NCBI RefSeq assembly: GCF_006345805.1
Contig: NC_043013.1
Coordinates: forward strand, 58,156,001 to 58,220,000
Length of the DNA: 64,000 bases
Reading direction: 5' to 3'
Source of the DNA: Octopus sinensis
Lineage: Eukaryota
Shown one piece after another: positions 24,424-39,832 of the stretch. The notes beneath the pieces were generated by a model that made no database searches, was not told where the DNA came from, and saw nothing but the letters and a program-made list of their open reading frames with translations. The stretch's first letter is position 1. The number at the start of each line of letters is the position of its first letter. The position numbers were made by a program, and so were the translations under genes.

Positions 24424-26952
24424 CTTCTGAGCAACAGGAGTAATAATTGACAACACGGTGCCTCCAGGGTGTCAAATGATATTCATCTTAAATGGGTGGT
24501 TTTTCTAACACAAACAGTTTTCTAAATTGAAGGTCAAACTATTTCTACATTATATATTTCCAGCTTCCAACCTGTTAATATTTATTTTACAAATCAGAAA
24601 TTAATAACTCACGAGCCGCAGTGTATTAGAGAGACTGTAATTATCTTACACCTCATTAAATGTCTCCATTGTAAAATAATTACATTAAATTTAATTAGGA
24701 AATGCCAGCAATAATATCATATTGCAGCTAACTGCATAACTTAATCGTACGTATGAGAGGCTCTCTGTTTTCCGCCCCCGGCATTCAACAAACTCTCACC
24801 TTTCGCACAACTCTCTTCACTCTTTCCCCCACCTCTCCACTTCTCTTCGTTTCTTTTCATCTCTCTCTTTCTCTCTCTTTCGCGCTCTCTCAGTCAGAGA
24901 TTTTATCTCGGTGTGTGTGTGTGTGTGTGTCTACAAACTGTACAGACGTTATTTTCTCAAGCTGCTTGCCAGCAATTCTACCGCAAAGCCACGTCTGTAT
25001 TTTTCTTATATTGAATTCCTGAATATTTGGGATATTTTCTTCCGTAAGAACATAATACTTTATCGAAAAATATTCGCAATTACACAATCTTTCTATTACC
25101 AAATGCACACAAGTTTACACATCAACATTTTCAATATTTTGACGGACACGAATATCTTCGTCGATTTCCATACAAAACTCCTCAAAACACGATTTATTTT
25201 ATTTGGTGTTGTTTCCTATTTTCCCTGTTTTTACTTAAACTAAGGACAATCAACTCATATCTTTGTCCATTTCAAACGAATATGAAACCAAACTAAGGGA
25301 TCACAAGTAGTCCACGAAAACAATAACAACAATTGTGGGAAAAGGAAAGGAATAGCACAGCAAAACTTTACAATAATCGCAACTGGTCTGATAGTGAAAT
25401 CGAAATTCTCACTGAGGCGCCGTTCATTCTTTGTCAAACGGAAAACATCCATACCTCATTAATAAATCTTCAAAGATTTGTTCCTCTTTTCAATAATCGT
25501 CAAGAGAGACAAATTCGCAACAAACTGAAAGAACAAATTTATATTTCTTATCGTTCCGTAATTAACCAGGTAGATAAGCTCGCTCACATCTTACCTCCTG
25601 CCGCTGCTTACTATGACAGTAACAACAATAATTACAGCAACAACAACAACAATTCCAACAATTCAGAAGCCTTCGAAGGTTTTTAGACTAAACTGAAAAT
25701 GCGATTGTGCCTAATGAAGATGAAAGTGTTTAGCTGAAAGGCATTGAATTACTGAGGAGGAAGCATGGTGCAAAATGTAAGGAAGTTAGTCGTGTAAGTG
25801 GCTCTATTTAAAAAAATATTTTCTTGAATCCTGCATTATTGTGAACGCAATTCCAACGGCACCATTAACCTTCTTTAGGCCAGTTGATCTAGATGTAAGG
25901 GCGTAGACCAGTAATACAAGAAAATATTACATGATAGCTGCCACTGAAAATATTCACTAAAGAATATACAGGAATTTATTACAATGATTTATTACAATGA
26001 TCTGTATGTGTATGTGTGGATATATGTATGAATGTGTATGGTTATATTACATTATTATGTTTTCTGCTGTAGATGGAGTTAGAATATTTTCTGAAGTAGC
26101 TTACGAACATTTTCTTGAGAAGAGCTGACATAACTTGAAACACTTTACCATCTTCCCCCACAAGTCACCATTGATCCATTATGTATTTCGAGGGTTCGAT
26201 GGCTTTGCGATTATATATTTGACTAGATGGTTGTCTGGTTAGCTGGCTGGCTACTTATCTGTCTGATTTCCATTGTCGGGTCTGCTTTGACTATGAAATC
26301 AGAATATAAATTATCTGAATGAATGAGAGAAAATAAATGCTACTGTCCCAGTCGATGGCTGGAAGGGAAAAGAGACGAAATACAGTTTGTTGAAAGAGCC
26401 TACAGTGGTTACAGTTTGATATTAGTAAGCATTTAATAATATGTAAATGCGAAACAAAGTAACATTATATAATTCTGTAAAGAAATAAACAAAAGATTCA
26501 GAACACATAATCCAATGTTCTTATAACACCAGGGCTCCTCTATAATCAGTCATTGTACAGGGCTATGTAAATTGTGTATGACAGAAAAATATATAATCCT
26601 TATGAACTTACATGTGCCAGGAAGCTATTTGAACTCCTGGACGGGAACCGTGGGGAGTTGTCCAAATTTTCGGAAATGTTTACATCAAAACTGGAACACC
26701 TAGCTATCAAGCGAAGGGAGACAACTCGCGCAGCCATAATTTTTAAGAAGAATATTTCTTCATCTAACACCGGCGTTCTTGTGTTTTCGAAAAAACATTC
26801 CTTGAAGAGAACAGTATTTCGCTAGATATGAGACCAATAGTATTTCTCTAAAACTGTTAATTTACACATACAAAAATAAACTACTCAATTTATTATAGGG
26901 TATTCTCTTTTCCTGGCTGACGAACGTATAACGAAGATATATATATATATAT

Positions 26953-27065
<113 letters not shown>

Positions 27066-27524
27066 GTATATACAGATAGATACATAGGTATAGACACGTA
27101 TATATATATGCGTAGTTTGCATACAGGATCTCACATTGTGCTTACATACACACACACGTGTGTAGATGTTTGTGTAAATATAAACACAAACGCATATATA
27201 TAACACATAAACAATCATGTATACATGCATACACTTAGGGAAATATAGGTCCAACTGTTGCAATATTATAAATTGGGAAACTAAAACAGTTGCAGTTCGT
27301 TTACTCTTCAAGTAACCAAGGGGAGACAAAATGAAGTTATTCTTGTTCAACAAAAGGAAAGAAAAGAAAAATGAAGAACCCTAAAGAACGAATACATTTG
27401 CGAATTTATAGAAAACTTTATGCATTTCATATTTATCACCATTTTCTTAGTTATGTATTTCTCTACTCGCTTGCAACGAGCTTATTTTGTTGCCATTTCA
27501 ATTTCAAGAGGAATAATGGATACA

Positions 27525-27562
<38 letters not shown>

Positions 27563-28083
27563 TTTATTAATTCTATAAACTACAAAAGAAAGAAATATAA
27601 AGGGAATCCCTTTGAAGAATTGGAAAAGACATTAAATTAAAGAATTTCAGAAGAAATGGAACAGAACAAGAAGAAAAAAAATCGAAAGAAATTGCCGAAT
27701 TGACTAAAGCGGAAATAAATGTTAATAAAATAAAGTAAATGTGGCCAGAATATTTAAATAATTGATGAGTGTAGTTAGTTCGGTCAAGAGTAGAATTTAC
27801 AAGATAAATAAATAGACATGAGTCTTTACAATAATGAATAAGAATGTTAAATGGTTTCGCTAGTTAAATGGTGGGCTGGAGATTAATGGTATATAGCTGG
27901 GAACCATCTTGCTCGTCTCTGACTCTCTTCTTATATTTATTCATACATACATTCATACATACACATTCGCATAAATACACTCACACACAACGCACACACA
28001 CACATATATATATATACATATTTATACGCTCCTAAATATGTGTATGTATACATATATATACACACACATACACATATATATAT

Positions 28084-28133
<50 letters not shown>

Positions 28134-28227
28134 CACACACAAATATGTATATATTATATATAGAAAATCAATAATAATGTACGATGGATAACTGTTAGCA
28201 CATTACAGCTGTCACGCATCAATTTAA

Positions 28228-28449
28228 TAGAAGAATGAGAATATTGCTCCATTAAAAACGAAGCCCATAATCATCAGATGAAACTTAATTCTACAAAAAA
28301 GAAAAGAATATCCCAAGAATACGGCAGTTGGCCTCGACAGACTGCAGCCACGTTCCTACTGTATTCTTGGGGTATTCTTTTCTTTGTAGAATTGCGTTTC
28401 ATCTGATGATTACAGATTTTTGTAATGGAGTAATGTTCTTGTTCTTCTA
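28228..28449. mobile_element. Palindromic MITE-like element
   Basis: tagaagaatgagaatattgctccatta..taatcatcagatgaaac..aattctacaaa..gaaaagaatatcccaagaatac mirrors gtattcttggggtattcttttctttgtagaatt..gtttcatctgatgatta..taatggagtaatgttct..ttcttcta. A related half copy lies at 62313-62490. Confidence 0.75.
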
Positions 28450-28760
28450 GTAAAAGGATGCTTATTTAACAACAGTAACAACCATCCAAGCTCTGACGTT
28501 ATTCATTTGATTATAATACACCAAGGGGATTTACGATTTATCGGATACTCTGGAGGATACCAACAACATACTGTTCAATGCAACGCATGATTTGGACGAG
28601 GCCTTAGTTGCTAGATCGTCATAGGGTTGGTTTTTCTCTCTGTATACAACCGGAATGTCATATTTTATATTGCGAAACATAGACCAGAACGTTAAGATTA
28701 CCCATCCCCACCTGGTGCACATCTTTTTAAATACCTGATTCTATCTCAATCCTTATTTGA

Positions 28761-28802
<42 letters not shown>

Positions 28803-28824
28803 ATATATAATGTGTACACCACAC

Positions 28825-28873
<49 letters not shown>

Positions 28874-29285
28874 CTTTTACTCTTTTACTTGTTTCAGTCA
28901 TTTGACTGCGGCCATGCTGGAGCACCGCCTTTAGTCGAGCAAATCGACCCCGGGACTTATTCTTTGTAAGCCCAGTACCTATTCTATCGGTCTCTTTTGC
29001 CGAACCGCTAGGTGACGGGGACGTAAATACACCAGCATCGGTTGTCAAGCAATGCTAGAGGGACAAACACAGGCACACAAACATATACACACACATAAAT
29101 ATATATATATATACATATATACGACAGGCTTCTTTCAGTTTCCGTCTACCAAATCCACTCACAAGGCATTGGTCGGCCCGGGGCTATAGCAGAATACACT
29201 TGCCCAAGATGCCACACAGTGGGACTGAACCCGGAGCCATGTGGTTGGTAAGCAAGCTACTTACCACACAGCCACTCCTGCGCCT
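28874..29285 (-). mobile_element. SINE family B, full length with internal (TA/CA) microsatellite
   Basis: tRNA-like head at 29285-29200, internal microsatellite, central gatagaataggtactggg..ggggtcgattt segment and 3' tail ..ccagcatggccgcagtcaaatgactgaaacaagtaaaaga. Confidence 0.9.
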
Positions 29286-29409
29286 ATATATATATATACC
29301 ATGTGTATATATACACACACACATATATATATATTTATACATATATATATATAGGTGTGTATATACATACACATATATATATATACATATAAATATGTGT
29401 TTACGCGTG

Positions 29410-29478
<69 letters not shown>

Positions 29479-29543
29479 TTACACCTAGTTAAATATATGT
29501 CCGGTTATAGAGTGATCAGTAGTTTTGCATCCATGATGTGCTA

Positions 29544-29961
29544 GGCCTTATAGACGGCGCGTCAGACTCAATGGTGGATGCATATCACTCTTCAAACTGG
29601 AGGCAGAAAACTGCTACGGTCCGTTAATAAGTAAACAAAGGCTTAAACACCGTTTGAGGTTTGGCCGAGTTATCTACCTTAGGACAGTTGAGATGGCAAA
29701 TTTTATGGAGATAACTGGCGAAAGGGGTGAAAGGATAATCTCCACTTCTAGGCGGTTTCCAATCGGCGGAGAATTTTTCCGGCTGTAATCGGTGAAAATT
29801 TGCCATCTGAACTGGTCGAAGGGCGATACCACAGCCAAGCCTCAAACCTTGTTTTAGTGTTTGATAACTTATTAATTGACCGTAACGGTTTTCTAACTTC
29901 AATTTAAACAAGGATATGGGATATGCATCCACATTGAGTCTGGCGAGACATCTATATGGCC
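29544..29961. mobile_element. MITE with GGCC termini and ~130-bp imperfect TIRs (PIF/Harbinger-like)
   Basis: ggcc.tatagac..cagactcaatg.tggatgcatatc..tacggtc..ttaataagt..gtttgagg.ttggc is mirrored at 29826-29961; flanks are CTA and TTA. Confidence 0.7.
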
Positions 29962-30361
29962 TTATGGATGCGAAACTCTTGGTCACTCTATGGGGGACAT
30001 AGTTTGAACTTCTTGTAAATATATATTACTGCTCTATTCTTTTTAGTGTGTACTTTCTTTTCGGATACACGATCCACTGACTATATATATATGTCAATTT
30101 AGTTAGGAGTTAAATAACCACCTAAAGGATATTAGACACCTGTAGAAACAAATGACACTTCTTATAAATTACAGCTGTTTCAACACCATTACGAAAAACA
30201 TGTTTCAAGAATAATGAAATACCGTTTAGATATAATGAGGTTTCATCAGATAGACATATTTATATATACACACGTACACCTATTCAATTATGTATATATA
30301 CATATGCATACACGTGCGTATACATACATGCATATTCACATACATAAGTTTACTTATCCAG

Positions 30362-30396
<35 letters not shown>

Positions 30397-30565
30397 AATT
30401 AAGGACTGACCACGAAAAGTGGACAGTCAACATGCTAGATATAGACGTCAAATCGCCATTCTCCACAAAAGATTATGTTCTCAAATCAAACTCTTCGGTT
30501 TCTTTTTTAATATGCTTGACCACTGGTTTTAATTGATAAATATCAATTTCTACGGTTAATAAATT

Positions 30566-30597
<32 letters not shown>

Positions 30598-30599
<2 letters not shown>

Positions 30600-31561
30600 T
30601 AGCATTAAAGACCCGTCGTTGCCAGGTCATAGTGCTAGTGCATGTATATATGTGTATATATATGTGTACATATTACATGTACATCTTTATATATCTACAC
30701 ATAAAATACAAAATACAAAGTTATATCTTGATATCGCTAGTGATAACAATACTCAAAATATATAACAGACTGGAATTCTAGGCCCGGCTCTTGCAAATTC
30801 GATCAATTGTATCTTGTCCTCCCTCTTGTATAGAAGTGTGGCTACAATCCAGCCTACCTCTACTTCTGGGGGGGGGGCATTTAAAATTTTTTCCCGGACG
30901 TCCTACGTCCCAGATATAAATGTAGGAATAAAATAAAGTATTCCCTTGCACGCTCCGTTGACTCGAAACTTGCTTCTATTGTGGCGAATTTACCGCCTCT
31001 GATTAGATACCTTTCATAGTCGCACCAAGACACTTTACGAAGGTGCTTTCCTCCATGTGTTCAAATATTTTTTTCTACATTGTATACTTTATAGACAATA
31101 GTCTTTTCTTTAGTTTAATTTTTTATTATCCATCTGAACTATTCCATTTCTGCACGCTAATTTCATTTTTAATTTATTCCCATTCATGTGAAACCACTTG
31201 TTCAAGTCACTGATGCAATTTTATACCAATTGCTATTTTTACCTTTGCTATGTTACGATTATATTATACTTTAGTTTGATTTTAATTATTACTTACTACA
31301 TATAATTCAATTGTTATTATTATTTTTATTGTTAAAGTGAAGGTATCTGACATAAAACAGAGAAATGTTTTTGTTTCACTTTTACCACGTAATACTGAAA
31401 TAGTGGAGAAGATATGATATTGCATTTTTCTTTGCCCATGAAACTACATGGACCCTAAGTAAGGCATGTGTAAAATTTGAATGAATTGGTTGTGTAGTTC
31501 TCAAGTTTTAGGGACACACTGACATACATACACACATTCTCAGTTTTATATATATAAAAAG

Positions 31562-31563
<2 letters not shown>
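30598..31563 (+). mobile_element. Possible non-autonomous Helitron-like element
   Basis: Starts ACTAGC..GACCCGTCGTTGCCAGGTC and ends with aaatttgaatgaattggttg..acatacatacacacattctcagttttatatatataaaagat. This end architecture is recalled from Lep1/DINE-like elements; no ORF support. Confidence 0.4.
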
Positions 31564-31634
<71 letters not shown>

Positions 31635-31660
31635 ATATATACATATATACTATATATATC

Positions 31661-31718
<58 letters not shown>

Positions 31719-31773
31719 CATATATATATATATACGTACATATATATATATACATACATATATATATACGTAC

Positions 31774-31848
<75 letters not shown>

Positions 31849-33478
31849 ATATGCATACGTATACAATTCCATACACAAATGTATTTATATATTATTTAAA
31901 TCTATATAAAAGGTCCGACATTCATACCCGAGGAAAGCACAAATTAAGTTAATTTTAATTAAATTTTTCTACCATTTTATCTACATGTTAATCTTACTAT
32001 TTGAAACGATCGTATGCATGGATTAAATTATTTTTAATATCTTTAACATGTCCTCTTCTTTAACAGTTTGTTGAGTTTCTATAAAATACTTGTTCTATAA
32101 ATCCTCATAACACACCTTATACACACATATATATATATATTTACATATACACCCTCAGATCTGCTTTCATTGCTTGGACATTCGGTACGACATAATGTTC
32201 TCATTGATATCTCTGTTCTGGGTCTTAATATCCATTCAGACCATTGCATCACATATCTTCTAGTTTACTCTGGCTCTCACCTCCGCACACACTCTGCCGC
32301 TTATAGTGTGCTGGCCTGAGATTCGACACACTTGTCAAGAACCAGGATTTTGCCAATTCCTTTTGCCAACATAGTTGTGCGGCACCAATTATCTGTGGTG
32401 TGTGTCACACTAGCTCAGTGTTCTCCATCCTCTTCTAATTGAAAATCTAGATTTACTGGTCTAAACCATCCGTAGTTTCATAGCGGAGACTACTTTGCAC
32501 GATGAATTACGTCCGCCTGTATTAATCTTTTTATAGCATGAGAAAGCTGCTCCTTTTTGGTAATGAAGTGTTAAATAGCTATTTTTTTTCTGTTATCATT
32601 GATTGTATAACAAAAACAATGAGGCGCCATTCTTATTTTCCAAATTTTGCTACGCGAATTTTTACTGCTTTTGTTTGTTCATGCACAAAACCTGCCTGAC
32701 ACTGGCAGCTTGATCACATCTAAAACGGCTGTTTCTTTTTGTTTTGTTTTACAATGTCTGCTTTAGTAAATGGCTGTGCATTTGAGTGTGTATATATGTG
32801 TTTGCGTCTATGCGTGTGCAATTTTATACTTACTGTGTGCAGTTAAACTTTCACTTGTTAAATTGGGAATGCACTTCAAAGTGTATCTCTTATATTGCAA
32901 TTATTCCCAATTTTTTTATTTTACATTTTGTTTTTGTAGATTCGAAGATTAAAAGCCTAGTTTTTTTCAAAGTGACCGAGTCAGTGCTACTCGCTCTGGT
33001 TACTCTCTACTAATGTCTCTTTCGTGGAGGCAGACATTTTGAGAACTAATGTAAATACATACAAATTTCGAAACAAAAGTTTTTTAATTTAAAGAAGAAA
33101 CAGTAAAATTTAGAATAGACTTTCTGTCTAGCTCAGGTATTAAAGAAGACGTGGAGACTTGTTTGGGAAATAACTGTAGAAAGACTAATTTTTCATCTCA
33201 AAAACTTTAATAATATCAAAAATTACAAATTAAAATGTATGCATCGCCATTCATGACAAATAAAAATGTTTGAAAGAAAGGACAGGGGTTCAAGGTTGGA
33301 AATTTGGAAGGGAAGATTTAGTTGTTTACATATTCTCATATCTTACTCAGTACGTAACTGGTACATTATTTTATTGGTTGTACATGAACTCGGAGCCGAG
33401 AAAGAACAGCAGCTACCACTAATATTATTTCTAATAATAGCATTATTATCACCACTACTACTACTATAACAATAGTCC

Positions 33479-33690
33479 TTTCTACTATAGTCACAAGGCC
33501 TGAAATTTTGGGGGAAGGGGAAAATCGATTACATCGACCCCAGTACTCAACTTGTACTTAATTTATCGACCCCCAAAGGATGAAAGGAAAAGTCGACCTC
33601 GGTGAAATTTGAACTCAGAGTGTAGCGACAGACGAAATACCGCAAAGCATTTCACTCGGCTTCTTAACGATTCTGCCAGCTCGCCGCATT
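33479..33690 (-). mobile_element. SINE family A
   Basis: Reverse complement of head, core and tail. Confidence 0.88.
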
Positions 33691-33725
33691 GATAACAATA
33701 ACACTACTACTACTACTACTACTAC

Positions 33726-33770
<45 letters not shown>

Positions 33771-33861
33771 TGATAATAGTATTAGTTATGATGGGTATAT
33801 TGGGCTTCGTATATTTGTACTCCAGTGTCACTCCTCTCTCACACAATAATAATAATAAAAG

Positions 33862-34056
33862 CCTTTCTACTATAGGCAGAAGGACTGAAATTTGGGGGAG
33901 GGGACTAGTCGACTGCATCGATCCTAGTGTATCGATGGTACTTAAGGATAAAAGGCAATGCCGACCTCGGTGGTATTTGCATTCAGAGCGTAGTAACAAA
34001 CGAAATACCTCTAAACAAATCAACCGACATGCTAACAATTCATGCAGCTAGCTCTC
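33862..34056 (-). mobile_element. SINE family A, diverged
   Basis: Reverse complement of head, core and tail, with an internal deletion. Confidence 0.8.
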
Positions 34057-34474
34057 TCATAGAATATTGTTATTATTATTATTATTATTATTACTATGAA
34101 ATATTCTTGAGATAGTGGAAACTTATCAAACTTTTAGATAAAATTCTGGCTAACTGAATTATGTATGAGCTTAACGATGATGATGATGATTATAAACATC
34201 AGCTTCTTGACGCATTTCTTAAGATGAAGGGCAATAAGTAAAAACAAATGTAATCAATTGACTCTTTCTACTGTCGTATTTGCCATTCTTTTCAACCTGA
34301 TCTTTCGTCCTCAACACATAAAAAGTATTTGAAAGAAACCCCGCTTAATTAAGAAAAAGAGAAAAAAATGGTTTGAAATAAAATTCCATTTATTCTACTA
34401 ATTCACAATCATCTTCTTAATGTCTTTCAGAACTGTGAGATTATTTATGCAAACACGCACATATAAGTTCTAGA

Positions 34475-34475
<1 letters not shown>

Positions 34476-34545
<70 letters not shown>

Positions 34546-34893
34546 TGTGTGTGTCTGTAAGCTTCATACTCTCTGTCTCTGTTTTGTACATAAATATATA
34601 TATATATACACTCTCACTGTGTACCTTCTGTTTTCTCTCTTTCTCTCAGTCCTTCTCTCTCTATATATATGTATATATGTATATATATATATCTATATAT
34701 ATATATTATATATATATATATATATAATATGTATGTATATATATATATATGTATGTATATATGTATGTATATATATATATGCATGTATATATAATATATA
34801 TATGTATGTATGTATATATAATATATATATATATGTATGTATATATATATATATGTATTATATATATGTATATATTATATATATATAGGTATG

Positions 34894-34953
<60 letters not shown>

Positions 34954-35205
34954 ATATATATAGATATATATATATATATGTATATGTATATATATATGTA
35001 TATGTATATATATATGTATATGTATATGTATATATATATATGTATATGTATATAATATATATGTATATATATCTATATATGTATATGTATATATATATGT
35101 ATATGTATATATATATATATGTATATATATATACATAAACATATACAGATATATATATATATGTATATATATATATAATATATATATATATAATATATAT
35201 ATATG
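34476..35205. repeat. Compound (TG)n/(TA)n/(TATG)n microsatellite
   Basis: Simple repeats. Similar large tracts lie at 420-480, 2400-2965, 12165-12480, 31550-31850, 53850-54565, 55250-55670, 58255-58814, 59605-59711 and 60010-60450. Confidence 0.97.
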
Positions 35206-37557
35206 ATACTACATTGAGTGAAAGAGAGAGCAGGAAAGGTAGATATATTCCATACAAGAATCGCTTCAAGTATTTTGAATTAACATTTTTTTTAGTTCCC
35301 AAAGAAAAACTCATTGAAAAGGAAAGTATTTCCAGGGATGTCTTGACAGTTCTTTAATGGCAGAAATCAAATATGTAATACCTACTGATTTGTCAACGAT
35401 CAATGAAGTTTACATACCAACAACTGAAATTTCATCTCAAACCGTTTTCTCTAAGAAGGTGTTTTTTTTAATACATTACTTTTCATTTATCTTTCAGTTT
35501 CTTGTTTGCAAATTGAAATGCATAAATCTCCGAGATTTTCCGTTCAAAGCCTAAATAAGTGAAAGTAAAATATTTTTTACCATTTTAATTTTATATCGAA
35601 ATTCAGAAAATTAGGAACTTTTAAATACAATTATGAATTCACTCGTGCCCGCTTGCGTATATATCTGCCCACATATATATACACTACATGTACACAGATA
35701 GACTATACGTGTTTGTGTGAGTGAGTGTATGTGTGTAAGTTTGAAAATTTGATATTTAACGTAGTAGTTAAATTATTTATGTATTCCAAAGAATGCTTTA
35801 GCATTAATTTATTGGTTAAACATACTCGGTTTTTTTTTTCCATTTGATAGAAAATGATTTTTGCTCCAAATCCTACATTAGCTTTCAGTTTTATTTCTTG
35901 AAAAATTCTGATCAGAAAACGAAGCCTTTTTATGAAAACATATCTTATAAGCCAGTAAATGAAAATGGTATTCCATATTTGTTAATTACACTAATTACTT
36001 TAGCCTAATATAGCTGCTTCATTAATCCCGTTCTTATTAAACTTATACGTTTCTACCTTGATATCGCTAAGTACTCCTGTTTTATAACATACGTCAACAT
36101 CCTTCCGATTCACTTGACGCAGGCCCCGCACTATGATCTCTTATGTCACTTCAACTCTCACTAGAATTCGCTTGTCCACTAAATATCTGAGATAAACACC
36201 ATAGTACAAATCGGTTTAAAATTGAACTTTAATTATTTAACTTTTACCAGTATATACCAATCGTATATATTATGATTTCGGTCTTGGCTACTCCTCGTGG
36301 TGTGGTATTATTAATGAAACCATTTCTAGAAGTGCAATATGCACTTTTATTTCTTCAAGAGTTAAAAATATATAACTCTAGCTAAACTACGGCAACGTCA
36401 TACGTAAGTCTATATACCAACTGTGGACTACAATTTATGATTTTATACTGCACATACTATTCGAGGACTACTGTGCAAAAAGATATATATGATGTCCCCA
36501 TAACAAAATCTATGATGGGAGCAAAATTCTAATGGAAGATGCGTTAGTTCAATTAAACCTTACAAATGTTAGTCATAGGCATACACACACACAGACACAC
36601 ACACACACACTCACACGTATTGATCCTGATGATAAAGATTCCTTGTTTAAAACGTCACAAACATTGGTGTTCAGAGTTTCCAAATATTTTAATTCATTCC
36701 ATTTTCAGCAATATAGAATACTGTCCTCAAGTTTATATTTCATTCCTTTGAATATGCCTTACAAAATTGCTGAAACTCCTTTGCTCAGACTGTATCTGTT
36801 ATAAATGTCTGTTATATATAACTGTATTTATCACAGTTATATGAACCATGTTTTAAATTAACCTAAATGTTTGTTTAATATTCTTCCATTTTATATGTAG
36901 AGCATTAAACTTAAAATCAACTCTGAATCAATAAATTTCGTTTTAAGTGTTTCTTTCTTCCATATTTCTCAAAATAAGTACGGAGATAACATTGACCATA
37001 ATTTTATGTGTAAATATTATTTAAATGTAGATGAATGATACTTAAAATATATATATATATATTTAAGAGAAATAACCTCTATTAATTGCTAGATTGAATT
37101 TTTCTCCGTAAGTTTGGAATTATATTTCCTATTGTTATTATTGAGTGACGTCTATAATTTTGCGTTTAGGTTGTTAAATTGCCACCCATATTATTAATAG
37201 TTTTCACGTTTACCTATTTTGAAATTAGCACAGGTTTTCAACGATTTTTTTTTCAAGTTGACGAGGTGAATTAAGGTTAATCCTAAACACAGTCAGATCC
37301 GCTGGCAAGAATTAAGAAGCTCTGCATAAAAATTCGAAATCTTATGATGTGGCTTTATCTTCGACCGTAGGGAACTTTGTCTTCTTGGTCAGCTTATTAA
37401 CATAGTGCTCTTGTGGCTAATGAATCATCTTGATACTTATTTCTAGCAATGCCTGTATCAGTTTGTACCCTCTATAACTTTAGTGACGTCCATAAATTTG
37501 CCCTTAGATTGTTAACATGCTAAGCCACCCATATTATATATATATATATACATACTC

Positions 37558-37596
<39 letters not shown>

Positions 37597-38389
37597 GTTT
37601 CTTCAGATTCGCCATAGCTATCTTCCTGCTTCTCTTTCGGATTTATGGTTTACAGATGAAGATGTGTGTGTGTGTGTGTGTAGTATGAAAAGTGAACAGA
37701 AGACTACTTTCGGTGTAGTTTTATATGTTCTTTTATTTTCACAGTAATTCTATTGTGTAAGTCGTTGTAGTTAATAGTCTTCTACCTACCCCAGTACTTT
37801 TACAGTAACATATATGCAACGATCTATCTCCATAGCGTTTTAACCATCTGGCTTATTTTTCTAAATTCCTGTATTGATTGAAACATTCATTTTTGAAGCG
37901 AGTTATATCTTGTAGATAGGACGAATAAGTAGGCGCAATTATTTAGTATCACTTGGTAGATAAAAAAAAGTTCAGTTTAATAAATTGAAATGTCGTACGT
38001 AAACTCCAGCCAAAATGTCCGCCTAAAGATGAAAATCATAGAACACTTCACATAAAATACAATAGTTATCATAACCAGACACAAACTTAATACATGAATA
38101 ACATTAGATAGCTAGATAAGTTGAAAGTTTTGAGAGAGGCGTCTTTGGTGAAAGATCACCGAAACCATTTCTAGAATAAATAACCATTCACTAGAAACCA
38201 TTAGTAAGTATATTTTTAATTTACCATAAACATACCATAAAGCTGATATAAAGTTATAAAAGAAGTTATAAATTTATTATATTAACTAATATATATACAC
38301 CAATATATATGCATGATACACACATACATAGTTATGCATGTATTTATGAATGAATATATGTCTGTGTGTATATACATACATACATACAT

Positions 38390-38427
<38 letters not shown>

Positions 38428-39660
38428 TATATATATTTGTATGTATATATATATGAATGTATTATTACATACATTCATATATGTATATTTATGAATGTTT
38501 TATTATATACATATGTATATACGTGTTTTTTGTGTTTAGATTTAAAATATAAGTGTACATCTATATGTTAATTCCCCTCTATTATTGTATATACACAGAC
38601 ACACGCGTCTATTATATGTGTAGTTGCGTTGATTTATATATGTATATATACCTGTCAAAATATGTTTGAATGTATATACTCATTTATATACGTACATATG
38701 TGCGTGTTTGTCTGTCGTTCTATTTATGCACATGTATATAATTACGCACACATACACACATATATGCACACACAAACACGCATAAAGTTTACATACATAT
38801 AAAGAACTGTACCAAAACACTAACAGAATTTCTTCAAGTTAATTTTTAACATTTCCTTTTCAAAAGCTTCAGCCAAATGAAATTTTTATTTATTTACATA
38901 CATTTATGTGTGTGGTGTGTGTGTGTGTGTGTGTGTGTACGTATAAGCATAAATAGTTATTTCAGTTCTGTTTTTCCTTGTTGCTCTTGTTAGCATTGTT
39001 GTAGTTGTTTATGTTAGATTTCTATTTCTACTTTTCATTTTTTGACAGTATCCTTGCATCGTTTCCTACATCAGAATGCAAATCAGCATCTAGCTGCAAT
39101 AAAAGACATATTTAAACTATAAAATAATCTCCAGGGAATTACTAAGAGATTTAATGGCACATTTATCTGTCAAAAGCTATTGTTATCTACAATACTACAA
39201 CACACTTAGAAATTTGAAATTCACTTGAGGCAAATTTAATCTCTTTTGTTCTCTTTTCGCTTTGTCATAGGCACAATAATTTGTATTTTCTATATTTTTT
39301 TATCCATTATTCATATTAAAACACTCGTCGATAATCTTTCATCACTAATAGTGTCAGACCCTGTTGCCATGGATATATATAGAGTTTTGTTTGTTATCTG
39401 TATCTCCCTCACTTTCTTGGTCCGGCAGTCTCCCTCCCTTCTTCCCTCCCCTATTCTCTCACTCTCTCTCTCCCCCTTAAACGTCTTTCGCTACTCTATC
39501 TGCTTATCAGACACACTTTATCTTCTTCCCTTACGTGTCTTGTATCGCTTTCGTTTTCTTTATCAAAAAATCAAATGTTCAGTCAAATCAATATACACGG
39601 ACACGCACTCAGCAATGAGTGTGTTAGTGTACACAACCCTTACACACACATATCAATGTA

Positions 39661-39701
<41 letters not shown>

Positions 39702-39789
39702 CTGTGTGTTTCTGAGAATGTGTGGGGGATCTGTACTTATATGTGTGTGTGTACCTTTGAGCAAACCCACAAATGTATGTAGCTGCACT

Positions 39790-39832
<43 letters not shown>

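Noticed and set aside
26560-26940. Possible PLE GIY-YIG remnant (YELTCA) and truncated CTGACGA-ACG..CGA motif
   Set aside because: Similarity is too weak by eye and the motif is cut off by a microsatellite before GAAA.
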